This document shows, piece by piece, positions 9,668-18,557 of a DNA stretch of 31,944 bases. The position numbers and the translations under genes are program-made. The notes under the pieces were generated by a model that made no database searches, was not told the DNA's origin, and saw only the letters and a program-made list of their open reading frames with translations. Origin of the DNA: a virus (Duplodnaviria > Caudoviricetes); IMG/VR virus record IMGVR_UViG_3300042363_000641, positions 1-31,944 of that record. The stretch is one strand, 5' to 3'. How positions within the stretch are numbered: position 1 is the stretch's first letter; each line of letters begins with the position of its first letter.

Positions 9668-10609
9668 TTAGTATCTGGATGGAAGTCCTGGGATTCCTGC
9701 TCCCCATATCTCAAACTGCGGGCGACCTTTCGCTCCTCCGCGAGACTGGCTGAGTTCAAGTTCAAGCTGCTTGTTGACCTGTGACCAGTGGAAAGTTGCG
9801 CGATCCAAGTCTGCATTATCCTCCGCCGTGACGGCAAGGAAAGCGTGCTTTAGAACGGTGATGTTGTCGATGTGAACGACATCCGTGTTGGATGTGATCT
9901 CTTGGAACTTCTTCTTCACCAACGCCGACACTCGCCACTCGTCTGTGGTTTCGGGCGGGGCCTGCGGAACTTTGTACCTGCGATACTCACTGACGTTACT
10001 GCCGGGGATCAGCACTGCGTAGATGATGTCATCGGCATCGGTGACAAGAACCCGATCTGGCATGGATGTGTACTGAATGCTCTTGATTGCAACGAGCGGG
10101 GATGCTGGTGTCAGCGTGATGGTTGACAACCCGTTGAGCGAACCAGTCCAGACGACCTTTCCTGTATCGGTGATATAATCAACGCGGATGGTATCCGATG
10201 TGTCCCACGTTCCGGAGACGAGCGTGAATGTCAGTGCGTCCAGCCCTTCAATCGGCAGATCGGACAGTGTCGGAACAAAGCCTTCGTCAATCAGGCCGTA
10301 GATGTACGACGCCGGAGACTCGACGTAGCCAGGGCCTTTCCGCTGGTACTCGTAATGGATGCTCTGGATCTCAATCGGAGTATCATTCAGCCGCGCCATG
10401 ATGATCGACTCGTAATCTTCCGGCAGGCAGAAGTATCCGGCGCTGGCGTCGATGTCGATCTCGTCCTGCAATGCCCGCCAGTTCCCCATGTCGTACAGCC
10501 TTGGCATCACCTGATTCAGCATCGGGATGATGCTTGTCGCAGAGGAATGCCCGTCGTTCAGCGGCAGGTAAGCCGAGAGGAGGCTGTTGATTTGGGCGAC
10601 GGTTTTCAC
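9668..10609 (-). CDS. Putative head-tail adaptor / tail tubular protein
   Basis: 313 aa with GTG start. Helical N-terminus, a CLPEDYESII segment and helical C-terminus (KHAFLAVTAEDNADLDRATFHW...LELEL) resemble podovirus adaptor organisation. Position fits. Confidence 0.55.
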   Translation of the reverse strand: MKTVAQINSLLSAYLPLNDGHSSATSIIPMLNQVMPRLYDMGNWRALQDEIDIDASAGYFCLPEDYESIIMARLNDTPIEIQSIHYEYQRKGPGYVESPASYIYGLIDEGFVPTLSDLPIEGLDALTFTLVSGTWDTSDTIRVDYITDTGKVVWTGSLNGLSTITLTPASPLVAIKSIQYTSMPDRVLVTDADDIIYAVLIPGSNVSEYRRYKVPQAPPETTDEWRVSALVKKKFQEITSNTDVVHIDNITVLKHAFLAVTAEDNADLDRATFHWSQVNKQLELELSQSRGGAKGRPQFEIWGAGIPGLPSRY

Positions 10610-10618
10610 TTGCTGCTT

Positions 10619-10646
10619 ATAGTATCCGGGATTGCGTAGGAGTCAA
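10619..10646 (-). promoter_or_regulatory. Putative sigma70-type promoter TTGACT-N16-TACTAT
   Basis: Lies in the short intergenic gap. The -10 ends 9 nt before the GTG at 10609, implying a near-leaderless transcript. Confidence 0.5.
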
Positions 10647-10650
10647 TGGG

Positions 10651-11244
10651 TCAGACGATGTCGAAGCTGATTGCGAAGTCGCTTTGCTGGGTTGGGCGCT
10701 GGATAGTTATTGATCCGAAGTGAGTCTGCGTCAGCGATATTGCGCCTTCCGTATCGACTGAATACTCTGCAAGCCTGACTCGCGTGTGGGCTGCGTCGTT
10801 CGGCGGGAGAATTCCCTTCGCGATTGAGAACGCGACAGTCGCCTTGGATTTATTCGCCATGCCTGCCGCGTAGTTGTACTCGCTTACAAACGTCACCGTG
10901 CCGAACGACTGGAGCGTTGCCGCAATCGGATCTTCAGACAGCATGAGTTCAATGTAAATATCCCCCGACTCTTCCGGAAGAAATCCAGACAGTGTCGTCT
11001 GTGGAATTGTGTCCGTGGCATACGATGCACTTGGAGTTCTTTCCGGGGTCCGAATCCTGCCCCTGTTCACAACAACGACTCCATCAATTACCTCGCACTG
11101 GAAGTCGAATCCCTGCACAAAGTTGACCTCATCCTGCGGGATGGATCGCGCTACATCCACCTCCAGCCTGTCGCGGTCCACGGCAATTAGTGTCCCGAGA
11201 TCACTTGGGATAACTTGAATTGCGTAACCGGGAATGATTGCCAT
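10651..11244 (-). CDS. Hypothetical virion/tail protein, paralog of 11248-11961
   Basis: 197 aa, acidic and beta-rich. Shares F...DGV..[VI]NRG.I and R[VI]RLA...EG...Q[TS]H[FL]G.IT segments with its neighbour. Confidence 0.6.
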   Translation of the reverse strand: MAIIPGYAIQVIPSDLGTLIAVDRDRLEVDVARSIPQDEVNFVQGFDFQCEVIDGVVVVNRGRIRTPERTPSASYATDTIPQTTLSGFLPEESGDIYIELMLSEDPIAATLQSFGTVTFVSEYNYAAGMANKSKATVAFSIAKGILPPNDAAHTRVRLAEYSVDTEGAISLTQTHFGSITIQRPTQQSDFAISFDIV

Positions 11245-11247
11245 TGC

Positions 11248-11961
11248 TCAGCGGAAGTTCCAGCTTTCGACTTTGGTTTCGTATGTCTGCGGGAGAGTGA
11301 TAAGCCCAAGATGGGATTGGCTCACAACACCATCCTCGTCGATGTCGGCGAGTCGGATGCGGATCTTGTTGTCTGCCGGGAATGACGGGAACTCTTCTGA
11401 GTACACCTCAAACAGACTTGCTTCGCCGGGAGATAGAAGCTGAACGAGATCCAACCCGGACCATTCCGTTCTCAGGATAATAGTTGACTGGTAGTTGTTC
11501 GCCTCAATATACGCGACACTGTCGTATGTATTCCACGGTGAGTCACCTTCTCCTTTGAACACGGTTACTGCAATTGCGATAAAGACTGAACATTTTGGCG
11601 AGTCCGGATTGACGCTGAGTTGACCAGCAATCACCAGCGTCTCCTCGCTTTTCCATTCGTTGCTTACGTAGTACGAGTTGAGAATGTAGCCGCGATTGAT
11701 GTCAATAACTCCGTCTGAGTACGACACGCGAAATCCCATGCCTGTGAGCGGATCATCCTGCGGAACTTGCTCTACGGATTGGATTGCTTCCTGCACGACC
11801 GAGTCATTTACAGATACGATATAGTCGCCGTTGACCTGCTGAACGCCGATACCTTCGCCGGGAATGATTGTCTCTTTCCTTGAAATCGGCACAGCAATCC
11901 TTGGAAGCCCGTCCGGGATTTCATTTGGGTCCAAGAGATGATTGATGTTCAGCGGGATCAT
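11248..11961 (-). CDS. Hypothetical virion/tail protein
   Basis: 237 aa, ATGA overlap with the upstream tail gene, paralogous to the downstream gene. Confidence 0.65.
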   Translation of the reverse strand: MIPLNINHLLDPNEIPDGLPRIAVPISRKETIIPGEGIGVQQVNGDYIVSVNDSVVQEAIQSVEQVPQDDPLTGMGFRVSYSDGVIDINRGYILNSYYVSNEWKSEETLVIAGQLSVNPDSPKCSVFIAIAVTVFKGEGDSPWNTYDSVAYIEANNYQSTIILRTEWSGLDLVQLLSPGEASLFEVYSEEFPSFPADNKIRIRLADIDEDGVVSQSHLGLITLPQTYETKVESWNFR

Positions 11962-13730
11962 GCTGGGATGTACTCCGGCGGGCTGTAGACGATAACCTCC
12001 GTGCAGCGAAAGCCGCCTTTGTACGGCTCATTCTCCGAGGACACTAGAAGTGACTCAGGCCAATCTACGTAGTTGGTAGCATCAACCACCATCCTGAAGT
12101 TCGCAGGACCGTAGTCTGGATTGTTGTCTCCAGTCGTTCCGTTGAAATCGTATCTGCCATGCAGGCAGGCAGGGACGAAGATCCTTCCGATTGGCCATGA
12201 TACATTGATCTCCGTCGGCTGCATTGCTTCGATTGGATTGACAATCGGCGCACTCTTTTGCCACCAGATACGAACCTTTGCTTTGCAGATCCCACTCCAG
12301 GCGCGGCGCAAAGTGAATTGGTAGAACAACTCTTTGATAAACGTATCGCTTCCACGCGGCATCCTGCGATTAAGACCATCCCACCTAAGCGCCCCCGGTC
12401 CGCCTGACGGAAGGACTGCGGGCCATACGAATGACCTTGAGGTTTCGTACTCTTTGACAAGTTCCGGCGATGCTGTTTCACGCGGAGTCTCGCGTGTGAC
12501 GATTGACCAGTAGCGATTGATTGGCTGAACTTCGATCTGCTCGCCGGGTGTTTCGACGTAGTTGATTCCGTCATTTGCGCTGACAACAGAAACCGTGTAG
12601 GGAACGTAGTCACGTAGGTTGTCGTCCCATCGCTTGCCGCTGACACTCCCCGCTTCGTACTTTGTTGCTGTAATGCTGCGGTTTCCAGAGTTGGTTCCTT
12701 CTGGATCAACCTTAGAGTTGAGGAGCAGCATCCCGGATGGTGCAGACACAGAATCCAGCGCAATGTCTTCCGGCGACAGGATGCGGTTCATGTCGGTCCT
12801 AGTTTCAACATAGGACAGGAACTTTTCCGGCGGCATCTTCCCAGGGAACTCGCGGGACTTCCCAATGACGCTATTCTGCGAGATAACTGGATCTCCGGCG
12901 ATGTTTCCTTCGTAGATGCGGACGATCTTCGATGTCTGGTTCTGATCGTCAGCGGACTTTATCTGCTCGTTGACTAGGTACAGATTGGAGTACCCGGAGA
13001 TCGGGCACTGATCGAAGTTGTCTTTCCGGTACGTGTCAGCAATCGTTCGCGGGAGATCCAGCGTCCATGTGAGTCGGACCCAATTCTTGTCCTGGATTGG
13101 ACGCTCAACGGTGTATCCGTTATCAACCTGCCCAAATCCATTGCTGCTTGCTGTGTCTTCCGATCCGGGAATAACATCGTACACGCGAGTCACCTCAACG
13201 TACAGCCCGTTCAGCTCATCACCAAGCGGACGCTCAGACTGGGCAACAAGAGTCGCCTGAGTGATCGCCTCAAACTTATACGTGAATACTCCACCCGGTT
13301 GCAGGTATCCGAACTGCCCGCCTGGTTGCAGGTATTCGTAAAGTCCAGTCAGCGTATCACCTGGATCAGCAGAGCCCAGAGTGAGTGCGTTGTCTCCTCG
13401 CGGCAGAATGTACTTCCGTGTGATGCGCGGGTACTTGATCTCGCCGCCGTATGGGTACGTGATCTCGTAGTTGTAGTCCTCCTGATCGCTTCTGTCTGCC
13501 GCGTACAGGAACTCAAAGTACAACCCCTGCTCATCAGCGACACGAACGTAAACCAGCTTGTGATTCGGATACTGGGTCGTGTCCGGATGCGCCGTTCCGT
13601 ATGCCGGGATCGCAGTCCTTGTCGTCTCAAAGCTCTGCCGGATGATGACATCCGCAATCTTCGGCGTCGGGTAGACCCTCGTCCTTTGCCGCTGCGGAGC
13701 TTGAGATGTCTGCCGTGGAGCTGCTGGCAT
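11958..13730 (-). CDS. Tail structural protein
   Basis: 590 aa, beta-rich (T/Y/V/P). YGTAHPDTTQYPNHKLVYV N-terminal motif and an internal YLQPGG duplication. Lies in the tail cluster. Confidence 0.65.
   Translation of the reverse strand: MPAAPRQTSQAPQRQRTRVYPTPKIADVIIRQSFETTRTAIPAYGTAHPDTTQYPNHKLVYVRVADEQGLYFEFLYAADRSDQEDYNYEITYPYGGEIKYPRITRKYILPRGDNALTLGSADPGDTLTGLYEYLQPGGQFGYLQPGGVFTYKFEAITQATLVAQSERPLGDELNGLYVEVTRVYDVIPGSEDTASSNGFGQVDNGYTVERPIQDKNWVRLTWTLDLPRTIADTYRKDNFDQCPISGYSNLYLVNEQIKSADDQNQTSKIVRIYEGNIAGDPVISQNSVIGKSREFPGKMPPEKFLSYVETRTDMNRILSPEDIALDSVSAPSGMLLLNSKVDPEGTNSGNRSITATKYEAGSVSGKRWDDNLRDYVPYTVSVVSANDGINYVETPGEQIEVQPINRYWSIVTRETPRETASPELVKEYETSRSFVWPAVLPSGGPGALRWDGLNRRMPRGSDTFIKELFYQFTLRRAWSGICKAKVRIWWQKSAPIVNPIEAMQPTEINVSWPIGRIFVPACLHGRYDFNGTTGDNNPDYGPANFRMVVDATNYVDWPESLLVSSENEPYKGGFRCTEVIVYSPPEYIPA
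13297..13335. repeat. 12-bp direct repeat GGTTGCAGGTAT with 27-bp period, within the YLQPGG x2 peptide repeat
   Basis: Copies at 13297-13308 and 13324-13335. Confidence 0.85.
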
Positions 13731-14920
13731 TACGATGTAACGGCTTTGATGACTGCGAAGTTGATTTGGATTGCGGAACCGCTTTCAGCCGATCCGCTGC
13801 CATTGTTGTTGGACACGGCAATCTTAAAGTACCCAGAGCCAACCTCAACAATAGAAGCCTGCGTATTTCCGCCGTTTGTTCCGCCGCGAATAGATGCGAC
13901 AACCACATCCGACTGGGCGACCCTGCTGTTGTTCACTTGAAACACAGCAACGGCTTCGTGAGCGATTGATGTTCCACTGAACATCTGCACCATACCGGAA
14001 AGCGTATTCAACGTGACCGCCGTCGTCTGGCTTGTGATTTGAGTGACTGTTCCACCAGCGCCAGTGACGTATCCGATTGCTCCACCACTGGATGAGATTG
14101 CACCCGTGACAGCAAGGCTTGTTCCGGTTGCCGCTCCGATCACCGGAGTGACTAGAGTTGGCGATGTCGCAAAGACGAGTGATCCAGATCCTGTTTCACC
14201 AGACATGCCAGCCGCAAGATTTGCGCTGGATGGGACGGCAAGGAAATCTACAATCGCTGGCGCGATTCCTCCGAGTTCACTAAGCGGGTAGCCTGTGCAA
14301 TTAGCAAGATCGCCGCCAAGAACTTCTCCTAGTTCGCAGTCGTTCAGTGTCTTATTCGACAGTGTTTCAGCCCCAGCCAGCGTTGCCACTGTTCCAGTTG
14401 TCGGAAGCGTGAGTGATGTCGCCCCGGATGTCGCAAACGCGATATTGTTCGCACCGAGAGTTAGTACGCACGATCCGCTGGACGAAACAGTTACATTGCC
14501 AGACACGGTGAGCGCCGCTCCATTGGAGATCGTGAGCGTAGCACTGGTTGCCGGAGCCGTGATCGTTACCTTGTTGATGCTGGTCGCGGTCGCCACTCCA
14601 AGAACCGGAGCCACCAATGTCGGCGTATTCGCAAAAACCAAAGCGCCAGTTCCGGTTTCATCACTGATCTTCCCAGCAAGCTCAGACGAAGTACATGCAG
14701 CGAAGTCCGAAATCTTTGCAGCCGTAGATGCCAATGTTCCGGATGTCGGCAGAGTAACGCTCGTTGCGCCAGTCGCAGTGATTGTAACGCCGTAAGCGCC
14801 GGACAACGTGGCGGATGTCCACGCCTGAGAGATTGGTAGATCAACCGCAGCACGCATCGCCGTTTTATCGGCAGCTTGCATAAACGTGTGAACCGAGGAT
14901 GAAACAGTGATGTCTGGCAT
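13730..14920 (-). CDS. Tail fibre/spike protein
   Basis: 396 aa, T/S/A/G-rich. Two copies of the fibre repeat S[DG]ETG[TS]G.LVFA..PTLV.PV[LI]G.AT, and a C-terminal GYVTGAGGTVTQ...INFAVIKAVTS beta domain typical of phage fibres. Confidence 0.75.
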   Translation of the reverse strand: MPDITVSSSVHTFMQAADKTAMRAAVDLPISQAWTSATLSGAYGVTITATGATSVTLPTSGTLASTAAKISDFAACTSSELAGKISDETGTGALVFANTPTLVAPVLGVATATSINKVTITAPATSATLTISNGAALTVSGNVTVSSSGSCVLTLGANNIAFATSGATSLTLPTTGTVATLAGAETLSNKTLNDCELGEVLGGDLANCTGYPLSELGGIAPAIVDFLAVPSSANLAAGMSGETGSGSLVFATSPTLVTPVIGAATGTSLAVTGAISSSGGAIGYVTGAGGTVTQITSQTTAVTLNTLSGMVQMFSGTSIAHEAVAVFQVNNSRVAQSDVVVASIRGGTNGGNTQASIVEVGSGYFKIAVSNNNGSGSAESGSAIQINFAVIKAVTS

Positions 14921-14923
14921 GGT

Positions 14924-15397
14924 TTATCGCTTCCCTTTAGGGAACATGGATTTTATAATTGCTGTAACCTTGTGAATCAACCACCAACCGTTCATTCCAA
15001 GCATGAATCCAGCAGCGGCCCAGGCTTCCCATGCGCGAACAATGTGAGCTTCGGCGGTAATCCACCCCCACTGCAAAAGCAGCAGATAGACTAATTTTGG
15101 AGCTAAACTCCCAGCCATCGCACACGCCAGAAAATTTGACATCGCTGGTCCGAAATCCCTTCCTTTGTACCTTGCTTCGATCAGCGCAATCAGGCTCGCC
15201 AAAATTGCCCCGAGAGCAGCATACATATCAACTGCGCGTGGTTGTTCAATAATCAACGCCGTAGCTGGCAGTGCAAACGCAGTGGCGATTACAGGGATAG
15301 TGAGTGCGGCTGTGAGAAGGGGCATTGGTTTCCTGCGTGTGGTGCGATGTTTTACAGGTATCGCCCCGATGGTTGCGGGGAACGACTGATGGTTCAT
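14924..15397 (-). CDS. Multi-pass membrane protein, putative holin
   Basis: About 4 hydrophobic segments and a basic C-terminus (FPKGKR). ATGA-coupled to the upstream gene. Alternative start MPLL at 15325. Confidence 0.5.
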   Translation of the reverse strand: MNHQSFPATIGAIPVKHRTTRRKPMPLLTAALTIPVIATAFALPATALIIEQPRAVDMYAALGAILASLIALIEARYKGRDFGPAMSNFLACAMAGSLAPKLVYLLLLQWGWITAEAHIVRAWEAWAAAGFMLGMNGWWLIHKVTAIIKSMFPKGKR

Positions 15398-15642
15398 GGT
15401 GGCGGAATTGTTGGACCGATTGGCGGAATGATGATTGGCTTAATCTTGCTCAATACCCATTTACAGTAGTCGCCATAAAGTGGCCCGAGAGCCTTAACTA
15501 CTTCTTCAACAGCTTCAACCGCTTTGACTATTTTCTCCACCTGGGAGGGAGATAGCGGCGGCGGCGTGATGATGACTGGCGGGCGGACTGGTCCGGTTTC
15601 CGTGACTGGTGGTCCTGAGTCTTCGGTGGTGGATTCGGTCAT
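15394..15642 (-). CDS. Small proline-rich hypothetical protein
   Basis: 82 aa with 4-bp ATGA overlaps at both ends, supporting translational coupling. Confidence 0.65.
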   Translation of the reverse strand: MTESTTEDSGPPVTETGPVRPPVIITPPPLSPSQVEKIVKAVEAVEEVVKALGPLYGDYCKWVLSKIKPIIIPPIGPTIPPP

Positions 15643-16091
15643 GGTGTTGGTTTAGTGAGGATTTCTAGTTTGCGGGGAGTTGTCAGGATGCCGACGGCTT
15701 CGAGGAGGTCGAGTCCGCCGGAGACGTGCGGGTCGTCGGAAAACACCCGGCCCGCCCATGTTGAGAGTCGAAGGAGGAGGCGGCGCACAGTGGGGTGCGT
15801 GCTGTTGGCGATGGCTTCGGTTTCGTTGACGCTGAATTCGGATAGGAAAGCCGCGGAATGCTCCCAGACTTTGCGGGAGTCAGAGACTATCTCCTCTTCC
15901 GTTTTTTCCCGGATGATCCATTCGCCGGATTCCCACTCAGGCGCATGCTGGGTGACGGAATCGTGCGAGGGAGGAGCAGGGAGCGGGAGCCATGCTTCGG
16001 CTTTGGGGTTTTCGGCGGCTACCCATGCGGCGTATACAGCATCGTCGATCTCGCGCGTCTCCCCGGTACTGATGTTATAATAGGTGTTCAT
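15639..16091 (-). CDS. Putative tail-fibre assembly/accessory protein
   Basis: 150 aa. PPSHDSVTQHAPEWESGEWIIREKTEEEI and GLDLLEAVGILT..RK.EIL resemble proteins that follow fibre tip genes. Confidence 0.55.
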   Translation of the reverse strand: MNTYYNISTGETREIDDAVYAAWVAAENPKAEAWLPLPAPPSHDSVTQHAPEWESGEWIIREKTEEEIVSDSRKVWEHSAAFLSEFSVNETEAIANSTHPTVRRLLLRLSTWAGRVFSDDPHVSGGLDLLEAVGILTTPRKLEILTKPTP

Positions 16092-16735
16092 CCGATAATT
16101 CTGGGGTGATTGAAAACGGACGCGGCACCGACGTTACTGATTGACCTGGCTCCGCGAAGATCCTGCCGCTCGCGGATGAGTCGCGCGTCAAAAATCAGGC
16201 TCGACGGCCGCACCTTTGCTGCGGCGTATCCCACGCCTATGGACGCGGCCTGGCTCGCACTTAAAGCGGCAGACCAAATGCCGACTTCCGCAACTGCACC
16301 GTTGAAATACGAATCTGTAACACCTGACGCCAACCGCCTCGCGCCAATGGAAATTCGCTCAAACACATTACCTCCTGGTTCTGTCAGGACTGTTGTGTTG
16401 GTTGCAACCTGAGTCCCGTTTACATACAGCCTTCGCATAGAGGTAGATTCGGCTACCATCACGATACTCACCCATGTGTTTGCGGAGATCGCTGACGGTG
16501 CCGCCATTGAGCCTGAGACCGGCACGGCATTCCCAAAGTTGAGCTGTGGGCGGCCTGCGTTGAATATCAGATTGAATCGGTATTCGCTATTGGAAAACGG
16601 CCCTAGGTGAAGAACCGCACCTCCAGCCGACGCCACCGCCGGACGGGCAAGAACTGCCAGCGAAAAAGGCACCCTCACTTCAGGGCAGGTGCTGACCAGT
16701 AGCAGCTGAGAGGATCCGTTAAATGAGAATGCCAT
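16088..16735 (-). CDS. LamG/concanavalin A-like lectin domain protein (receptor-binding/tail accessory)
   Basis: Start MAFSFNGSSQ at 16735. NTWVSIVMV...RLYVNG...ISIGAR...YFNGAVAEVGIWSAALS is the LamG-like signature. Confidence 0.85.
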   Translation of the reverse strand: MAFSFNGSSQLLLVSTCPEVRVPFSLAVLARPAVASAGGAVLHLGPFSNSEYRFNLIFNAGRPQLNFGNAVPVSGSMAAPSAISANTWVSIVMVAESTSMRRLYVNGTQVATNTTVLTEPGGNVFERISIGARRLASGVTDSYFNGAVAEVGIWSAALSASQAASIGVGYAAAKVRPSSLIFDARLIRERQDLRGARSISNVGAASVFNHPRIIG

Positions 16736-16736
16736 G

Positions 16737-17798
16737 TCAGTTACCCCGGATTTCAAGGAGGATCAATTCGGCATCAAAGGCGGCGGTGTCACCTGCGGCC
16801 GCGGCGTCTCGGTAGATGCGGATTCGGAACGGTTCCCCGGCCATTACCCCGTCGATATTTGTCAGTGTTATTTCCGTAGTGGTGGTGATTCCAGCGGTGC
16901 CATTGGCGGTGCCGCTTGCGGTGTGGGCTGAGTCCCAGGAGTCACTCCGCAGGTCTGTCGTCATACGCTCGATTTGAGCGGCCCAGACCACGTCGCCAGA
17001 AGGGGTCGCGGTGTCGAGCTTCCATGTGATTTCAGCCTTCAGCCCGCCGGTCAGGTTGAATCCTTCCGGGATCAGGCCTGTCCAGACTGCAAACTCGTTA
17101 GTGACTGGATCGAAGTCAAGGACGTCAACCGGGCTGGTTGAGTTGGTGGTGTCCCTCGTTGCAAAGTTGGCGGCGGGAGGCTGGCTGTTAATAGGGAGAA
17201 ACGGCGGGAGTGACTTTGTGCCGGCGGCTGCGGTTCCGTTGGATGCTGCGGTGATCCGCCCCTTTGCGTCAATTGTTACACTTGCCAGCGTGTAACTCCC
17301 AGCCGTGACTCCGCTTGTGTCGAGAGCCCAGACTGTGCCGGAACTAGAGACGATCACATCACCCTTGTCGCCATCGGAAACTCCAGCGCCACCCGGAGGA
17401 GCCTGCCATGAACCATCAGCACGAAGAAAATTAGTGGTGCCGCCGCCTGATGCTGGAACCACCCCGGCTGCGCTTGTTCCAAACGTCGCAATCGTAATTG
17501 ACGGAGTAGTCGTTCCGTTTGCAACAGAGATTGGAGCCGTTCCTGAGACGCTTGTAACCGTGCCACCACTTGAGTTTGCAACAAACTCCAGTCCATCTTC
17601 ACTGCTTTTGACTGAGAGGATCTTCCCGGACTGACCAGTGTATGTGGTTGGAGCATCATCCAGATCAACAAAACTTAGTGCGTCAATCTGCGCCTGCAAC
17701 TCACGGATCTGAGTCCCAAGCGAATCACGGGTTGTCTGAGGGATAGATGAGCCATCCCAGACAAACTGACCTGTGTTCGGATCTAAGCGGTACGGCAT
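16737..17798 (-). CDS. Mosaic tail fibre protein
   Basis: Likely start MPYRLDPNTGQF at 17798. Short coiled coil, then common fibre modules (YTGQSGKILSVKSSEDGLEF; GTVTSV; GGGTTNFLRADGSW; GDKGDV; VTIDAKGRITAASNG) and a C-terminal beta-sandwich. Confidence 0.8.
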   Translation of the reverse strand: MPYRLDPNTGQFVWDGSSIPQTTRDSLGTQIRELQAQIDALSFVDLDDAPTTYTGQSGKILSVKSSEDGLEFVANSSGGTVTSVSGTAPISVANGTTTPSITIATFGTSAAGVVPASGGGTTNFLRADGSWQAPPGGAGVSDGDKGDVIVSSSGTVWALDTSGVTAGSYTLASVTIDAKGRITAASNGTAAAGTKSLPPFLPINSQPPAANFATRDTTNSTSPVDVLDFDPVTNEFAVWTGLIPEGFNLTGGLKAEITWKLDTATPSGDVVWAAQIERMTTDLRSDSWDSAHTASGTANGTAGITTTTEITLTNIDGVMAGEPFRIRIYRDAAAAGDTAAFDAELILLEIRGN

Positions 17799-17799
17799 A

Positions 17800-18123
17800 T
17801 CAGGATTTGTAGAGAAGTAGCGTTCCGGAAGCGATGACCAGATCGTTGATATTGCCGAATAACCAGGAATTTGCCTTGAAGGTAATCCCGGCGAGCGAGC
17901 CTCCGACAACATTGTTTACAGATGCTGAAACTACAGCGCCAGCTTCGTAGAAAGACAATGATGTGAGAACTGTATCTGCAATGAAGAAAATTCCGCAGTA
18001 CGATCCGGCTGGCGGAGATGCGGCAGCTCCATTATAAATAACTGGTGATCCTGTTTTCCCCATGAATTGCGCAACGGCATTCGATGTGATCTGCTGATGA
18101 GGTGCTGAATATGGTACTGCCAT
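17800..18123 (-). CDS. Small virion protein (putative capsid decoration/cement), paralog of 18128-18481
   Basis: 107 aa, close downstream of the MCP. NAVAQFMGKTGSPVIYN and C-terminal G.I..L.IASG..LLY. Confidence 0.6.
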   Translation of the reverse strand: MAVPYSAPHQQITSNAVAQFMGKTGSPVIYNGAAASPPAGSYCGIFFIADTVLTSLSFYEAGAVVSASVNNVVGGSLAGITFKANSWLFGNINDLVIASGTLLLYKS

Positions 18124-18127
18124 AGTA

Positions 18128-18481
18128 TTACGCAGGGTAGACGATGATTTGACCTGAGTCCAAAAGAAATGAGTAGATGTTCCCTCTTATGATTGTTCCT
18201 GCTGGAATTAAAGTGATGCTTGATATATTTCCGCCGCTTTCTCCGGCTACATCAACTGAAAGATCTTGGTTTTCCTTAGCGCTGTAAGCAGCGCTATTTT
18301 CGTTTACGTATATTTTTAATTCAAAAAACACACAATCCTGTATGCAATAAATCGCTGAAATTGGAAACTGAGGATCAGGTGAGCCGTAGTTGTAAATCCT
18401 CGGAGCCGCCGTCTTTCCCATCGCTTGAGCGAGCGCATTCGCAATGACGTGTTCGTCGTTTGCTGCGTAGGAAGCGGACAT
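18128..18481 (-). CDS. Small virion protein (putative capsid decoration/cement)
   Basis: 117 aa. NALAQAMGKTAAPRIYN ... IPAGTIIRGNIYSFLLDSGQIIVY. Confidence 0.6.
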   Translation of the reverse strand: MSASYAANDEHVIANALAQAMGKTAAPRIYNYGSPDPQFPISAIYCIQDCVFFELKIYVNENSAAYSAKENQDLSVDVAGESGGNISSITLIPAGTIIRGNIYSFLLDSGQIIVYPA

Positions 18482-18504
18482 TGTAAAAGTTTCGGTTTGA
18501 AGTA

Positions 18505-18533
18505 GGGGTGCCAGCCAACTTGACTGACACCCC
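18505..18533 (-). terminator. Strong hairpin after the MCP gene (terminator or RNA-stabilising stem)
   Basis: Minus strand GGGGTGTCAGTC-AAGTT-GGCTGGCACCCC, a 12-bp stem with G-U pairs. The U-tract is weak. Confidence 0.6.
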
Positions 18534-18557
18534 CGTTATTGGTGAACCACCACCAAA

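Noticed and set aside
13730-17798. Diversity-generating retroelement or invertible tail-fibre cassette
   Set aside because: No reverse transcriptase or recombinase in the window, and no TR/VR pair or inverted repeats were evident by eye.
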